Below are positions 19,587 through 30,303 of a stretch of 64,000 nt of DNA, in pieces (within the stretch, counting starts at the first letter, position 1; each line of letters opens with the position of its first letter). Under the pieces are notes generated by a model, which ran no database searches, had not been told where the DNA came from, and worked only from the letters and a program-made list of their open reading frames with translations. A program made the translations under genes and the position numbers. Source of the DNA: Bacteroidota bacterium. Its GTDB lineage: Bacteria > Bacteroidota > Bacteroidia > Bacteroidales > GCA-2711565. The stretch is from assembly GCA_018816945.1 (NCBI GenBank), contig JAHIVC010000010.1:69258-133257 (forward strand), in the 5' to 3' direction.

Positions 19587-20507
19587 TTAAAGGTAATCGT
19601 TTTGATGGATACGTTTCATATTAAAAGCATTGAAATAATGCCAGCCAAGTGCAATGCTGTGAACCTTAATAGAAACCAGGTCCCTTCGTGCAATATATTT
19701 TAACAAATGATAAGGATATGAAACAAAAGTAAGAAACAGAAAACTGATAAAGATATTAAATTGAGTATAATTCCGTCGGATTAAAAGCAGCCGATTTCGT
19801 GATTTCCAGTAAGCTTGTAAGGGGCTATTTTTACCAACTGAAATGCTCTCCTTATGATAAACAAGCGATTGGGGGATATAATGAATTTCGTAACCCGCTT
19901 TTCGGATTCTTTCCTGCCAGTCGAGCTCTTCATAATATAAAAAGAAGAATTCAGCCATCAAACCTACTTTTTTACAAACTGAACGTGAAGTCATCATGGC
20001 GGCTCCTGAGGCGAATGGAGTAATGGTTTGCTGATCATACTGTCCCACATCTTTTTGGTTATGTCCTATGAAATGACTGGTTGCGGTATATTTTGTCATG
20101 GGAGTTGCTCCTGCAAACTGAATGGTTTCAGGGCTATCATAAAACCGAACTTTCGAACCCACCATCCCTATTTTTTGATTGGCTTGCATCGCTTCAACCA
20201 ATGGCTCTAAAAACCCGGCTTCAACTTCTGTATCATTATTAAGCAACATAAAGTATTCGCCTTTGGCATTCCGGATTCCTAAATTATTGCCACCTGCAAA
20301 TCCAAGGTTTACTTCACTTCTGATAAAAATAAATTCAGGAAATTGTTGTTTTAAAACTGCACTTGTATCTTCCTTCGAAGCATTATCAACAATGATTACC
20401 TCATAATTAGGATAGGAGATTTTGCTTACTGATTGAAGAAATTCAATGGTAACCCGTAATTGGTTGAAATTGATTGCAATAATTGATACGAGTGGGTAAT
20501 CGGCCAT
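19587..20507 (-). CDS. family 2 glycosyltransferase
   Basis: GT2 signature VSIIAINFNQ...VDNASKEDT...NNDTE. Start set to ATG 20507 (MADYPLVSII). Confidence 0.85.
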   Translation of the reverse strand: MADYPLVSIIAINFNQLRVTIEFLQSVSKISYPNYEVIIVDNASKEDTSAVLKQQFPEFIFIRSEVNLGFAGGNNLGIRNAKGEYFMLLNNDTEVEAGFLEPLVEAMQANQKIGMVGSKVRFYDSPETIQFAGATPMTKYTATSHFIGHNQKDVGQYDQQTITPFASGAAMMTSRSVCKKVGLMAEFFFLYYEELDWQERIRKAGYEIHYIPQSLVYHKESISVGKNSPLQAYWKSRNRLLLIRRNYTQFNIFISFLFLTFVSYPYHLLKYIARRDLVSIKVHSIALGWHYFNAFNMKRIHQNDYL

Positions 20508-20588
20508 TATCGATGTATTAGATAAAAGCAAATATAAAAAGATAAATGAATTTGATATAGTTTAAAATCATTGATTCTCATTTATTCT

Positions 20589-20596
20589 TAATTTTG
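20589..20596 (+). promoter_or_regulatory. putative -7 promoter box TAATTTTG
   Basis: Fits TAnnTTTG; 14 nt upstream of the deoC ATG. Confidence 0.4.
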
Positions 20597-20609
20597 AAAG
20601 AAAAATATC

Positions 20610-21458
20610 ATGAACTATTTTAATAAATCATATCATATTAATGAGGACGAAATTAAAAGCCGACTTAATAAAATCCTGAATCAAAAGAATAGTTCAGATG
20701 AAAAGTTGGAAATCTATCGCCAAATTCTCGGGATGATTGATTTGACAGCACTTGAGGGCTCTGACACTAATAAAAAAATAACCAAGCTATGTGAAATGGC
20801 CCAAAGTTTTCATTTAGCAGGCAAAAATATTCCGGATGTTGCAGCAATTTGTGTTTACCCTCCTTTTGTTGCATTGGCAAAAAGTCGGTTAAGCGGTTCA
20901 AACATTCAGATTGCGTCTGTAGCAGGTGCATTTCCAAGCGGTCAATCTCCAATAAAAGTTAAACTGGCGGAGATTTCTTATGCGATTGAGCAAGGTGCAG
21001 ACGAAATTGATATGGTTATTTCCCGTGGTAAATTTTTAGAAGGCGATTATCAAACTGTTTATGATGAAATTGCAGCAATCAGTGAGGTTTGCAAGGATGT
21101 TCATCTAAAAGTGATTCTTGAAACCGGTGAATTGGAAACCCTCAAAAATATTAAAAGAGCAAGTGTAATTGCGATTTCTGCCGGAGCCGATTTTATTAAA
21201 ACTTCAACCGGAAAAATACAACCAGCTGCAACCACCGAGGCATTTCTTGTTATGTTGGATGCGATAAAAGAGCATTATCAAAAAACGAACAAAAAAATAG
21301 GAATCAAACCGGCAGGAGGTATTTCGGAACCTGAACAGGCGATTCAATATTATTTATTAGTTAAGGATGTTTTAGGTGAAGAATGGCTGAATCCTCAACT
21401 TTTCAGATTCGGAGCAAGCAGATTGGCTTCAAAAATTTTGGACATAATTAAAGATTAA
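20610..21458 (+). CDS. deoC: deoxyribose-phosphate aldolase
   Basis: 282 aa; Schiff-base lysine context FIKTSTGK. Confidence 0.9.
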   Translation: MNYFNKSYHINEDEIKSRLNKILNQKNSSDEKLEIYRQILGMIDLTALEGSDTNKKITKLCEMAQSFHLAGKNIPDVAAICVYPPFVALAKSRLSGSNIQIASVAGAFPSGQSPIKVKLAEISYAIEQGADEIDMVISRGKFLEGDYQTVYDEIAAISEVCKDVHLKVILETGELETLKNIKRASVIAISAGADFIKTSTGKIQPAATTEAFLVMLDAIKEHYQKTNKKIGIKPAGGISEPEQAIQYYLLVKDVLGEEWLNPQLFRFGASRLASKILDIIKD

Positions 21459-21590
21459 TGAACATTGATTAAAACTACATTTTCCTTATTCAACCAATAA
21501 ATATAATTCAACTTCTTTCCTTCGTGCTGTGTTATTTGTAATTTTGTAGTTAATTACTATTGAATGCGTTCCTCCAATTATTCCGTCGAT

Positions 21591-22001
21591 ATGCAAAAAT
21601 TAAGAAATGTAAAAGGATTGATATTACTAATAATCCTTGGGTTTTTATCCTGTAATTTAGAAGAAGATATTATTGATCCCGGCGATGATAGAGATAAATT
21701 CGTAAGCACCTGGAGTGTCAGTGAGTCGTGTTTTAAAGCAAATTATACCGTTAAGATTACGATTGATCCGTCTAACTCAGCTCAGGTACTGTTGGCTAAT
21801 TTTGGAAATCCGGGATCAAATTATAGTCCTGCCGTAGGTATTGTTGCCGGAAACAAGATTTATATTTCCACTCAAACTATAGGTGATGGATGGAAAGTGA
21901 ATGGAACAGGTACTTTACAAGATGCACGTACTATTCTCTGGAGCTATTCACTAATTATTGCGGGGAATAATTTTAGCTGTACCTCTGAATATATCCGGTA
22001 A
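21591..22001 (+). CDS. hypothetical lipoprotein
   Basis: Signal peptide plus lipobox (LGFLSC); no family recognised. Start set to the second ATG. Confidence 0.5.
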   Translation: MQKLRNVKGLILLIILGFLSCNLEEDIIDPGDDRDKFVSTWSVSESCFKANYTVKITIDPSNSAQVLLANFGNPGSNYSPAVGIVAGNKIYISTQTIGDGWKVNGTGTLQDARTILWSYSLIIAGNNFSCTSEYIR

Positions 22002-22074
22002 GCCAATAATTTGCTCATGAATTTAAAGAAAAAACAAGTTTAATTTGTGATATTCCCGTTCGCGTGCCAGATAG

Positions 22075-22422
22075 TTAATTCGATTTATTTTGTTCCTTCA
22101 GATATTCTATCCTTTTTGCCACACTATCGTAAAGAATTCTCAATTTTGGGAGATTATTTTGATAAAATTTGAGGCTTTCATCAAATTGTTGTCTCGAAAT
22201 TTGATGTTTCTCAAAAATGTCCTTATAATATTTGGCAGACAAAGATTTATTTTCACCTTCACCTAAATCACGATTATTAGCCAGATAAGCTTCAGAGAGT
22301 TGCACATCAAATAATATATCAATCATTTTTTCTTCCGAAATAACCAATTTCGCATCTTTTTTTTGATTTTGGGTGCAGGAAATAAGTAAAAAAAGGGGGA
22401 TAATTAAATAGCTGATTTTCAT
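22075..22422 (-). CDS. small lipoprotein (DUF4296-like)
   Basis: 115 aa; lipobox LLISC. The MIDILFDVQLSEAY segment resembles DUF4296 proteins as I remember them. Confidence 0.5.
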   Translation of the reverse strand: MKISYLIIPLFLLISCTQNQKKDAKLVISEEKMIDILFDVQLSEAYLANNRDLGEGENKSLSAKYYKDIFEKHQISRQQFDESLKFYQNNLPKLRILYDSVAKRIEYLKEQNKSN

Positions 22423-22457
22423 TCTTGTTTACGTTTACTGGATATGCTCTTTTTGTG

Positions 22458-24659
22458 TTAATTGCCTATTTCTGACATAAATTTAATTCTCATCATTCTA
22501 ATTTCTTCTTCAGTATATTCATCTTCACCAAGTTCCTTAATAGCATCTTCGATTGAATCTGACGAGGCATCTTCCCTAAAATAGTCAAAGATTTCTTCCT
22601 GATGATATTCATCAATAGTCTCATCAATATAATAATTGATGTCAATCTTTGTGCCTGAGGCTACAATGTGTTCAATTTCAGTAAGTAATTCAGGTAAAGT
22701 AAGGCTTTTGGCCGATGCAATATCTTCGAGCGGCAATTTACGATCAATATTGTGAATAATATAAACTTTTAAACCAGATTTATTCACCACCGATTTTACT
22801 ACCAAATCATTGGGGCGCATAATTTCATTTTCTTCAACATAAGCTTTAATAAAGTCAAGAAATGGTTGACCGTACTTACTTGCTTTTCCTGCCCCAACGC
22901 CAGTAATTTGCTGTAGTTCATCCATCGTAATGGGATATTGAATCGCCATATCTTCGAGTGAAGGATCCTGAAAAATTACAAAAGGAGGAAGTTTCTCCTT
23001 TTTCGAAATCTCTTTACGCAAATCTTTTAATAAAGAAAATAATTCTTTATCGGTAGTGCTTATTTTAGGTGAATTGGCAGTAAGGAATTCATCATCTTCA
23101 GGATTGTCGTAATCATGATCCATGGTCAGCATGATCGAGTATGGATGATCCAAATATTTCAGACCATCAGCACCTACCTTCAATAGCCCATAATTTTCAA
23201 TATCCTTGAGAAGTAAGCGGGCAATTAAACTTTGACGGATTACCGCATTCCAGAATTTCTCCCCTTTTTCTTCGCCTTTTCCAAACATTTCTAACTTATG
23301 ATGTTTGGATTGTTTAACAGTTGCGGTATTTTTACCGACAAGAATGTTGATAATATGATTGGCTTTAAAGAGCTGCTTTACAGCTAATACTGTCTCAATA
23401 ACCATTTGAACATATTCCGTGCCTTCAAAACTGGTTTTTGGATTCAAACAATTATCACAATTACCACAATTGTCTTCTTCGTATACTTCTCCAAAATAAT
23501 GCAATAATTGTTTTCTGCGGCAAACTGAAGATTCGGCATAAGCTACAGTTTCGAATAGCAATTGTTTGGCTATTTCTTGTTCTGCAACAGGTTTGCCCTT
23601 TACAAATTTTTCCAGCTTTTGGATGTCGTCGTAACTATAAAAAGTGATACATCTTCCCTCGCCGTCGTCACGTCCGCCACGACCTGTTTCCTGATAATAG
23701 CCTTCTAAGCTTTTGGGGATGTCATGATGGATAACGTAACGGACGTCTGGTTTATCGATTCCCATACCAAACGCAATCGTAGCAACGATCACATCCGACT
23801 CTTCCATCAAGAATTTATCCTGATTTTGCCTTCGGGTTGATGCATCCAAACCTGCATGATAGGGTAGCGCCTTTATACCGTTCACCTGAAGGGTTTCAGC
23901 AATTTCTTCAACCATTTTGCGGCTTAAACAATAAATAATTCCAGACTTTCCGGTGTTATTCTTAACATATCTGATAATCTCCCGCTTTATGTTTTTATCT
24001 TTTGGCCTGACCTCATAATATAAATTGGGTCGGTTAAATGAGGACTTAAAGATATTTGATGACATCATCCCAAGGTTTTTCATGATGTCTTGCTGCACTT
24101 TTGGAGTAGCTGTAGCTGTAAGTGCAATTACGGGGACTTCTTTTCCAATTTCTTGTATAATTGGCCTTAATCTTCTGTATTCCGGTCTGAAATCATGGCC
24201 CCATTCTGAGATACAATGAGCCTCATCAATGGCATAAAATGATATATTGATCAATTTTAAAAGTTCAATATTCTCTGCTTTTGTTAATGATTCGGGAGCT
24301 ACATACAATAGCTTGGTTTTTTTGCTCAGCAAATCTTCTTTTACTTTATTAATTTCAATTTTTGATAATGAAGAGTTTAAGAAGTGAGCAATACCGTCTT
24401 CCGATCCATAATTTCGGATGGCATCAACCTGGTTTTTCATTAATGCAATCAGGGGAGAAACGATAATAGCAGTGCCTTCGCTTACCAATGCCGGAAACTG
24501 ATAACACATTGATTTGCCACCACCGGTTGGCATGATCACGAATGTGTCCCGACCTGATAATACGCTTCTGATGATTTCCTTTTGGTTACCTTTAAAACTG
24601 GTAAAGCCAAAGTATTTCTTTAAGAACTCATATAATTTTTTATCATCAATATCAGTCAT
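22458..24659 (-). CDS. recQ: ATP-dependent DNA helicase RecQ
   Basis: 733 aa; helicase motifs (MPTGGGKS, DEAHCISEWGHDFR), a zinc-binding RQC region (CRRKQLL...CGNCDNC) and an HRDC C-terminus. Confidence 0.95.
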   Translation of the reverse strand: MTDIDDKKLYEFLKKYFGFTSFKGNQKEIIRSVLSGRDTFVIMPTGGGKSMCYQFPALVSEGTAIIVSPLIALMKNQVDAIRNYGSEDGIAHFLNSSLSKIEINKVKEDLLSKKTKLLYVAPESLTKAENIELLKLINISFYAIDEAHCISEWGHDFRPEYRRLRPIIQEIGKEVPVIALTATATPKVQQDIMKNLGMMSSNIFKSSFNRPNLYYEVRPKDKNIKREIIRYVKNNTGKSGIIYCLSRKMVEEIAETLQVNGIKALPYHAGLDASTRRQNQDKFLMEESDVIVATIAFGMGIDKPDVRYVIHHDIPKSLEGYYQETGRGGRDDGEGRCITFYSYDDIQKLEKFVKGKPVAEQEIAKQLLFETVAYAESSVCRRKQLLHYFGEVYEEDNCGNCDNCLNPKTSFEGTEYVQMVIETVLAVKQLFKANHIINILVGKNTATVKQSKHHKLEMFGKGEEKGEKFWNAVIRQSLIARLLLKDIENYGLLKVGADGLKYLDHPYSIMLTMDHDYDNPEDDEFLTANSPKISTTDKELFSLLKDLRKEISKKEKLPPFVIFQDPSLEDMAIQYPITMDELQQITGVGAGKASKYGQPFLDFIKAYVEENEIMRPNDLVVKSVVNKSGLKVYIIHNIDRKLPLEDIASAKSLTLPELLTEIEHIVASGTKIDINYYIDETIDEYHQEEIFDYFREDASSDSIEDAIKELGEDEYTEEEIRMMRIKFMSEIGN

Positions 24660-24803
24660 GGTCTTTCAGCATCCTAAGATTACATTATATTTGTAAAAAT
24701 ATTGTTAGTATTTGAGTGTTAAGTTTTTTAATTGATAACGTGTCTATTACAAATATAACATAAAAATAAATTTTTTGTGTGATAATAATTAAATTTCGCA
24801 GTA

Positions 24804-25769
24804 TTGAAGACAAAGGAAGAAATCAAGCAAATAGCCATTGAGACTATTTTAATTGAATCGCAAGCAATTAATAATTTAAAGAACTTCATCGATGAGGACT
24901 TTATTCATTGTATAAACCTAATTCACAAATCAAAGGGAAGGGTAATTATTACGGGGATAGGGAAGAGTGCACATATTGCAGCAAAGATTGTATCTACCTT
25001 AAATTCAACAGGAACACCTTCGATATTTATGCATGCTGCTGATGCAATACATGGTGATTTGGGAATTATTCGTAATGATGATGTGGTAATTTGTATTTCA
25101 AAGAGTGGAGAAACCCCGGAAATAAAGATTTTGGCACCATTATTAAAAAATATGGGAAATACTTTGATTGCCATGGTGGGAAACACAGATTCGTATTTGG
25201 CGAAGCAGGCAGATATGATACTATGTACCGCTGTTAAAAAAGAAGCTTGTCCGAATAATTTGGCCCCAACTGCCAGTACAACTGCACAGCTTGTGATGGG
25301 TGATGCGTTGGCTGTTTGCTTGCTGGAGTGTAAAGGATTTACTGCGAATGATTTCGCCAAATATCATCCTGGGGGAGCCTTAGGTAAAAAACTGTATTTA
25401 AGAGTTGCAAATCTTTATATCAATAATGAAAAGCCACAGGTTTCGCCCGAAACTGGCATTAATGAAGTAATTTTGGAAATCTCTTCAAAAAGGCTTGGAA
25501 CCACTGCAGTAGTCGAAAATGGGAAACTTTTGGGTATTATTACCGATGGTGATTTACGAAGGATGTTACATCAAACCAGCGATATAACGAACCTAAAAGC
25601 TAAAGATGTAATGTCGGTAAACCCACGGCAAATCAACGAAGATATGCTGGTTATTGATGCCCTTGATTTGATGAGGAAGAACAATATTACGCAACTGGTT
25701 GTAAGTGAAAATCAGGTTTACAAAGGAATAATTCATTTACATGATATTCTCAGGGAGGGGATCTTGTAA
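24804..25769 (+). CDS. kpsF: arabinose-5-phosphate isomerase (KpsF/GutQ family)
   Basis: SIS domain (GIGKSAHIA) followed by tandem CBS domains. TTG start. Confidence 0.9.
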   Translation: MKTKEEIKQIAIETILIESQAINNLKNFIDEDFIHCINLIHKSKGRVIITGIGKSAHIAAKIVSTLNSTGTPSIFMHAADAIHGDLGIIRNDDVVICISKSGETPEIKILAPLLKNMGNTLIAMVGNTDSYLAKQADMILCTAVKKEACPNNLAPTASTTAQLVMGDALAVCLLECKGFTANDFAKYHPGGALGKKLYLRVANLYINNEKPQVSPETGINEVILEISSKRLGTTAVVENGKLLGIITDGDLRRMLHQTSDITNLKAKDVMSVNPRQINEDMLVIDALDLMRKNNITQLVVSENQVYKGIIHLHDILREGIL

Positions 25770-25870
25770 TAATTTAACATTATTTAAGTCTCATCTAAAT
25801 TTATACAAAACAATTGGAGTGTAACTTTGAGTTGGTATTTCATGTCTAACAAAGGATTTAATTTTCCGGG

Positions 25871-28351
25871 ATGATAACAAAACAAAGGATTAGCAGTATC
25901 GTGCTTGTCGTATTTCTGATAATTTTTAGCGTTTATTCTGCAAAAGCGCAGCTAACGAAGATAATGGGGAAGGTAATCGATTCGGAAACCAAAGAACCGG
26001 TTCCTTTTGTAAGTATTTATTTTAAGGGAACCAGTATTGGTTCGATTTCGGATTTTAACGGTGAATATGCACTTGAAACGATGCATGCAGGCGATTCACT
26101 TACTGCCTCATCAATTGGGTATAACCCACAAGTAAAAGTGATTTTTAAAAATCGTTTTCAAACGGTCGATTTCGAATTATCACCCAATAGTTATACTTTG
26201 AACGAGGTTGTAATTGTTGCCGGTGAAAATCCTGCGGATATATTATTACGCAAAGTAATAGCTGCTAAAGATCAGAACAGCAATAAGAATTTTGACTTTT
26301 ATCAGTATGAGATGTACAATAAAATCCAGTTTGATGCCAATAACTTTTCCGAAAAATTTAAGACCAGAAAAATCTTACAGCCTTTCAGCTTTATTTTTAA
26401 TCATATCGATACTTCTACCGTTAACGGAAAAGCATTTCTTCCGGTATTTTTAACAGAAACCTTATCCGACGTTTATTATAGAAAAAATCCACGTACGAAA
26501 AAAGAGGTGATTAAGGCTTCAAAAGTTTCTGGGTTTGAGAATGAAAGTTTTTCACAGATCATGGGTGATATTTACCAAACCGCGAATATTTATGATAACC
26601 ATATTGTATTATTTGAAAAGAATTTTGTAAGCCCTGTTGCAAATTTTGGGTTCGCTTATTATAAATATTATTTAGTCGACAGTTCATATATCGATAACCA
26701 ATGGTGTTACCAAATCATGTTTAAACCAAGGCGAAAACAAGAGTTAACCTTTACCGGGAATATTTGGATCAATGACACCACTTATGCAATTAAAAAAGTG
26801 GACATGCGTATCATTGATGATGCAAATATCAATTTTATTAATGCTATGGATATTCGACAGGTTTATCAGTTATTAGAAGGCAAATACTGGATGTTAACCA
26901 AAGATTATATGATTGCCGATTTCAATGTTATTGATGATGCAAAGAAGACATTAGGCTTTTATGGACATCGTTCTACTTCTTACAATAAGTTTGTGTTTAA
27001 TCAACAAGCTGAAAAGGAAATATACGGATACCCCGCTAACATAATTCTTAAAGATAGTGCCATACAGTATGCGGATGAAAGGTGGAAAGATTTCCGGCAC
27101 GATACACTGACAGTAAAAGAAAAAGCCATTTACTCGATGATTGATTCCGTTAAAAATGTGCCGATTTTCAAAACATACGTAGATGTGATTTATACCATCA
27201 CAAATGGCTATTATATTGATGGAATGTTTGAAATAGGGCCCTATTATAAAATGCTGAGCTTCAACGAACGGGAAGGTGCCCGTTTCAGATTTGGTGGAAG
27301 AACCAGTAATAAGTTTAGCACAAAGTGGATGTTTGATGCTTATTTTGCATATGGACAAACAGATGAAAAATTTAAGTACGGAGGGGGCTTTTTAAAGATT
27401 AATTCAAAAAATCCAAGGCGAACTTATGGGATGAATTATAAAATTGACACTGAACAATTGGGCCAAAGCAAGAATGCATACAGCGAAGATAATTTCTTTA
27501 ATTCTTTTCTTAGTAAAAATGCAATTAATAAACTCTCGATGGTGAAGGAGTATAAGTCCTTTTATGAACACGAATGGTTTGGTGGATTCTCAAATTCATT
27601 AGTGTTTACCCATAGGGAAGTGTTTCCCATTTCAGGAGAAAATTTTATAATACATGAGGATGATTCAGAAATAGAAATACCTTCAATAAGAACAAGTGAA
27701 ATAAGCCTCAATATGAGATTCGCGTATAATGAAAAGTTTTTGATGGGTGAATTTGAAAGGGTGAGTTTGGGTACAACCTATCCGGTTTTTGAAGCAACTT
27801 ATAGTTACGGAATTCCTAATCTGTTCAACAGTGATTATTCATACCATAGAGTTCAACTGAATTTGAAGCAATGGTTTAATGTTGGTACTTTGGGTTGGTC
27901 AAAATATATTGTAGAGGCAGGTCGGATTTGGGGGAAACTTCCATATCCATTATTGAAAATTCAAGAAGGAAACGAGACCTATTTTTACGATGAATTATCC
28001 TACAACTTGATGAATTATTATGAATTTGTGAGCGATCAATACATCAGTGTTAATTATATTCATCATTTTGATGGGTTATTTTTAAACCGTATTCCGCTTA
28101 TGCGAAAACTAAAGTGGAGGGAAGTTGCTTTTATAAAAGGGGTAACGGGAAACCTGAGCCAGAACAATAAAACCTACTCTACATTCCCGGCAACAACCAA
28201 CACACTTGAGGAACCTTATTGGGAAGCAGGTTTGGGAATTGAAAATATTTTTAAGGTAATAAGGGTCGATGCAATTTGGCGTTTATCGCATCTTGATCAT
28301 GATAATATTAATAAGTTTGGAATATTCTTCTCTTTCCAGTTCGTCTTTTAA
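25871..28351 (+). CDS. carboxypeptidase-regulatory-like domain / DUF5686 outer-membrane protein
   Basis: 826 aa; signal peptide, N-terminal GKVIDSETKEPVPFVSIYFKGTSIGSISDFNGEY CarboxypepD_reg motif and a long beta-rich C-terminus ending in F. Confidence 0.8.
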   Translation: MITKQRISSIVLVVFLIIFSVYSAKAQLTKIMGKVIDSETKEPVPFVSIYFKGTSIGSISDFNGEYALETMHAGDSLTASSIGYNPQVKVIFKNRFQTVDFELSPNSYTLNEVVIVAGENPADILLRKVIAAKDQNSNKNFDFYQYEMYNKIQFDANNFSEKFKTRKILQPFSFIFNHIDTSTVNGKAFLPVFLTETLSDVYYRKNPRTKKEVIKASKVSGFENESFSQIMGDIYQTANIYDNHIVLFEKNFVSPVANFGFAYYKYYLVDSSYIDNQWCYQIMFKPRRKQELTFTGNIWINDTTYAIKKVDMRIIDDANINFINAMDIRQVYQLLEGKYWMLTKDYMIADFNVIDDAKKTLGFYGHRSTSYNKFVFNQQAEKEIYGYPANIILKDSAIQYADERWKDFRHDTLTVKEKAIYSMIDSVKNVPIFKTYVDVIYTITNGYYIDGMFEIGPYYKMLSFNEREGARFRFGGRTSNKFSTKWMFDAYFAYGQTDEKFKYGGGFLKINSKNPRRTYGMNYKIDTEQLGQSKNAYSEDNFFNSFLSKNAINKLSMVKEYKSFYEHEWFGGFSNSLVFTHREVFPISGENFIIHEDDSEIEIPSIRTSEISLNMRFAYNEKFLMGEFERVSLGTTYPVFEATYSYGIPNLFNSDYSYHRVQLNLKQWFNVGTLGWSKYIVEAGRIWGKLPYPLLKIQEGNETYFYDELSYNLMNYYEFVSDQYISVNYIHHFDGLFLNRIPLMRKLKWREVAFIKGVTGNLSQNNKTYSTFPATTNTLEEPYWEAGLGIENIFKVIRVDAIWRLSHLDHDNINKFGIFFSFQFVF

Positions 28352-28378
28352 AATATATCCTTATTTTTGACCCGAATT

Positions 28379-29104
28379 ATGATACTATATACTGAAAATA
28401 TTGTAAAGAAATATCGAAAACGAGCTGTTGTTAATGACGTTTCGATAAAGGTTGAACAAGGCGAAATTGTTGGACTTCTTGGCCCAAATGGAGCCGGGAA
28501 AACTACCTCATTTTATGTGATGGTAGGCTTAATCAAACCCTTATCAGGGAAAGTGTTTTTGGATGGAAAAGACATCACCAAAGAACCTATGTACCGTCGT
28601 TCGCAACTTGGGATTGGATATTTGGCACAGGAAGCATCTGTGTTCCGACATTTAAGTGTGGAAGATAATTTGAAAGCAGTTTTGGAGTTTTCACTTTTTA
28701 ATAAAGAAGAACAGCAGGAGAGACTGGAATCATTGTTGGCAGAATTTGGACTCAGCCATATCCGGAAAAGCTTAGGGATCACCTTGTCGGGAGGAGAGCG
28801 AAGAAGAACTGAAATAGCACGCGCTCTGGCAGTTGATCCAAAGTTTGTTTTGCTCGATGAGCCATTTGCCGGAGTTGATCCTATTGCTGTTGAAGACATT
28901 CAACTTATTGTCTCAAAACTGAAAGATAGAAATATTGGTGTTCTCATTACCGATCATAATGTTCACGAAACATTAAGTATCACCGATCGATCCTATTTAT
29001 TGTTTGAAGGATCAATTCTGAAGGACGGCACTTCTGAAGAATTAGCCGACGATGAACATGTCAGAAAAGTTTATCTGGGTCAGAATTTTGAACTTCGCAG
29101 ATAA
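28379..29104 (+). CDS. lptB: LPS export ABC transporter ATP-binding protein
   Basis: Walker [10 protein letters not shown], signature LSGGERRR, Walker B VLLDEPF. Start set to ATG 28379. Confidence 0.9.
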   Translation: MILYTENIVKKYRKRAVVNDVSIKVEQGEIVGLLGPNGAGKTTSFYVMVGLIKPLSGKVFLDGKDITKEPMYRRSQLGIGYLAQEASVFRHLSVEDNLKAVLEFSLFNKEEQQERLESLLAEFGLSHIRKSLGITLSGGERRRTEIARALAVDPKFVLLDEPFAGVDPIAVEDIQLIVSKLKDRNIGVLITDHNVHETLSITDRSYLLFEGSILKDGTSEELADDEHVRKVYLGQNFELRR

Positions 29105-29197
29105 ATCAAAATTAACTACTTCGCAGCAAGCTTACGAGATATCAATTTGGAAATTCTTTTTATTGACGATGCAAGCATTGGAGTATTAAACTCATTT

Positions 29198-29223
29198 ATC
29201 CCGATACGCTGCGCTATCGGGAT
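29198..29223. repeat. GC-rich hairpin ATCCCGATA-N8-TATCGGGAT
   Basis: 9-bp perfect stem read directly; first of three consecutive hairpins in the lptB/pssA convergent spacer. Confidence 0.8.
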
Positions 29224-29224
29224 T

Positions 29225-29254
29225 CCTGCCTGTACTGCTGTTTAGGCAGGCAGG
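29225..29254. repeat. CCTGCCTG-N14-CAGGCAGG hairpin element, diverged copy 4
   Basis: 8-bp stem built from the same CCTGCC/GGCAGG word as copies 1-3. Confidence 0.75.
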
Positions 29255-29265
29255 CGTTCATCTTA

Positions 29266-29297
29266 CAGATTTCAATGCACTACGTTTTTGAAATCTG
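29266..29297. repeat. hairpin CAGATTTCAA-N12-TTGAAATCTG
   Basis: 10-bp perfect stem read directly. Confidence 0.75.
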
Positions 29298-29319
29298 AGT
29301 TTCACGAATAAATTAAAGA

Positions 29320-30030
29320 TTATTTCTTAAAGATGATCGAAATAATAATATAACTAAGAAAGATAATTGGTATTGCACTGACCTGAAAAGCTGCAATGAG
29401 TGCTATTGATAAAATGATAAGAATAAATCTTTTTTGGTTTCCCTTCCATTTAAAATTTTTGAATTTTAGCGAAAGTAAAGGAATTTCAGCTACAAGGAGT
29501 ATGGATAAAATTATGGTAGCTGATATAAGAAAATAACTATTTCCTGTCAATTCAGCCATCCATGATGAAGCACTAAATGTGTTTTGATTTATCAGCGCTA
29601 ATGCTACAATCATTAAAGCGCATGCCGGTGTTGGGATTCCAATAAATTGTTCTTCCTGTCGGGTATCAATATTGAATTTAGCAAGTCGCCAGGCAGAAAA
29701 AAGTGGAATGAGAAAACCTATGAATGGCACTAAATTATTCCCATTAAAAAACACTTCAGGCAGTGGCTCACTTATCCTTAACAGAAAAAGCATGATAAAG
29801 CCCGGTGCTAATCCAAACGAAACTACGTCGGCTAACGAATCTAATTGTTTGCCTAGCTCACTTTGGAGTTTAAAAATACGTGCCACTGCCCCGTCCATAA
29901 AATCTAAAATTGCTGCAAATGCAATAAAATATACCGACCATTCAACGGATCCATTATAGAGTGATACAATTGATAAAATACCACAAAGCAGGTTTAATAA
30001 GGTGATATAATTGGGGATGTTTTTTTTCAT
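29320..30030 (-). CDS. pssA: CDP-diacylglycerol--serine O-phosphatidyltransferase
   Basis: 236 aa; CDP-alcohol phosphatidyltransferase motif DFMDGAVARIFKLQSELGKQLDSLADVV. Confidence 0.85.
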   Translation of the reverse strand: MKKNIPNYITLLNLLCGILSIVSLYNGSVEWSVYFIAFAAILDFMDGAVARIFKLQSELGKQLDSLADVVSFGLAPGFIMLFLLRISEPLPEVFFNGNNLVPFIGFLIPLFSAWRLAKFNIDTRQEEQFIGIPTPACALMIVALALINQNTFSASSWMAELTGNSYFLISATIILSILLVAEIPLLSLKFKNFKWKGNQKRFILIILSIALIAAFQVSAIPIIFLSYIIISIIFKK

Positions 30031-30041
30031 GAAATGAAGTT

Positions 30042-30170
30042 CTATCTTCCAAGTGTTTTGAAAAGGTTAATGATATTCTTTAGGAAGCTCCCGTAATACA
30101 TATTTGTAAATAATGAAATCAAAAATACGAAACAAATGGGATATTTCATCATATGGTTGAATTTCTTCAT
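30042..30170 (-). CDS. possible 42-aa hydrophobic mini-protein upstream of pssA
   Basis: Own translation: MKKFNHMMKYPICFVFLISLFTNMYYGSFLKNIINLFKTLGR. Its stop lies 11 nt before the pssA ATG. No other support. Confidence 0.2.
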   Translation of the reverse strand: MKKFNHMMKYPICFVFLISLFTNMYYGSFLKNIINLFKTLGR

Positions 30171-30303
30171 TGATGACCTCGATTTTAAATCGTCTCTATA
30201 TTTAAATAGTCTTGCATTGATTTAATATATTTGCCTTCATCATTTATGGTCATCAACCATGATTGTTCGCTTGAATACTGATTTATGTTTTATTATTTTA
30301 TAA

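Noticed and set aside
24923-25360. 145-aa antisense ORF inside kpsF, and similar long antisense ORFs at 8336-8698, 26951-27358, 28513-28899, 29672-29959 and 56685-57071
   Set aside because: All lie fully inside well-supported genes on the opposite strand and show no motifs; they are typical shadow ORFs.
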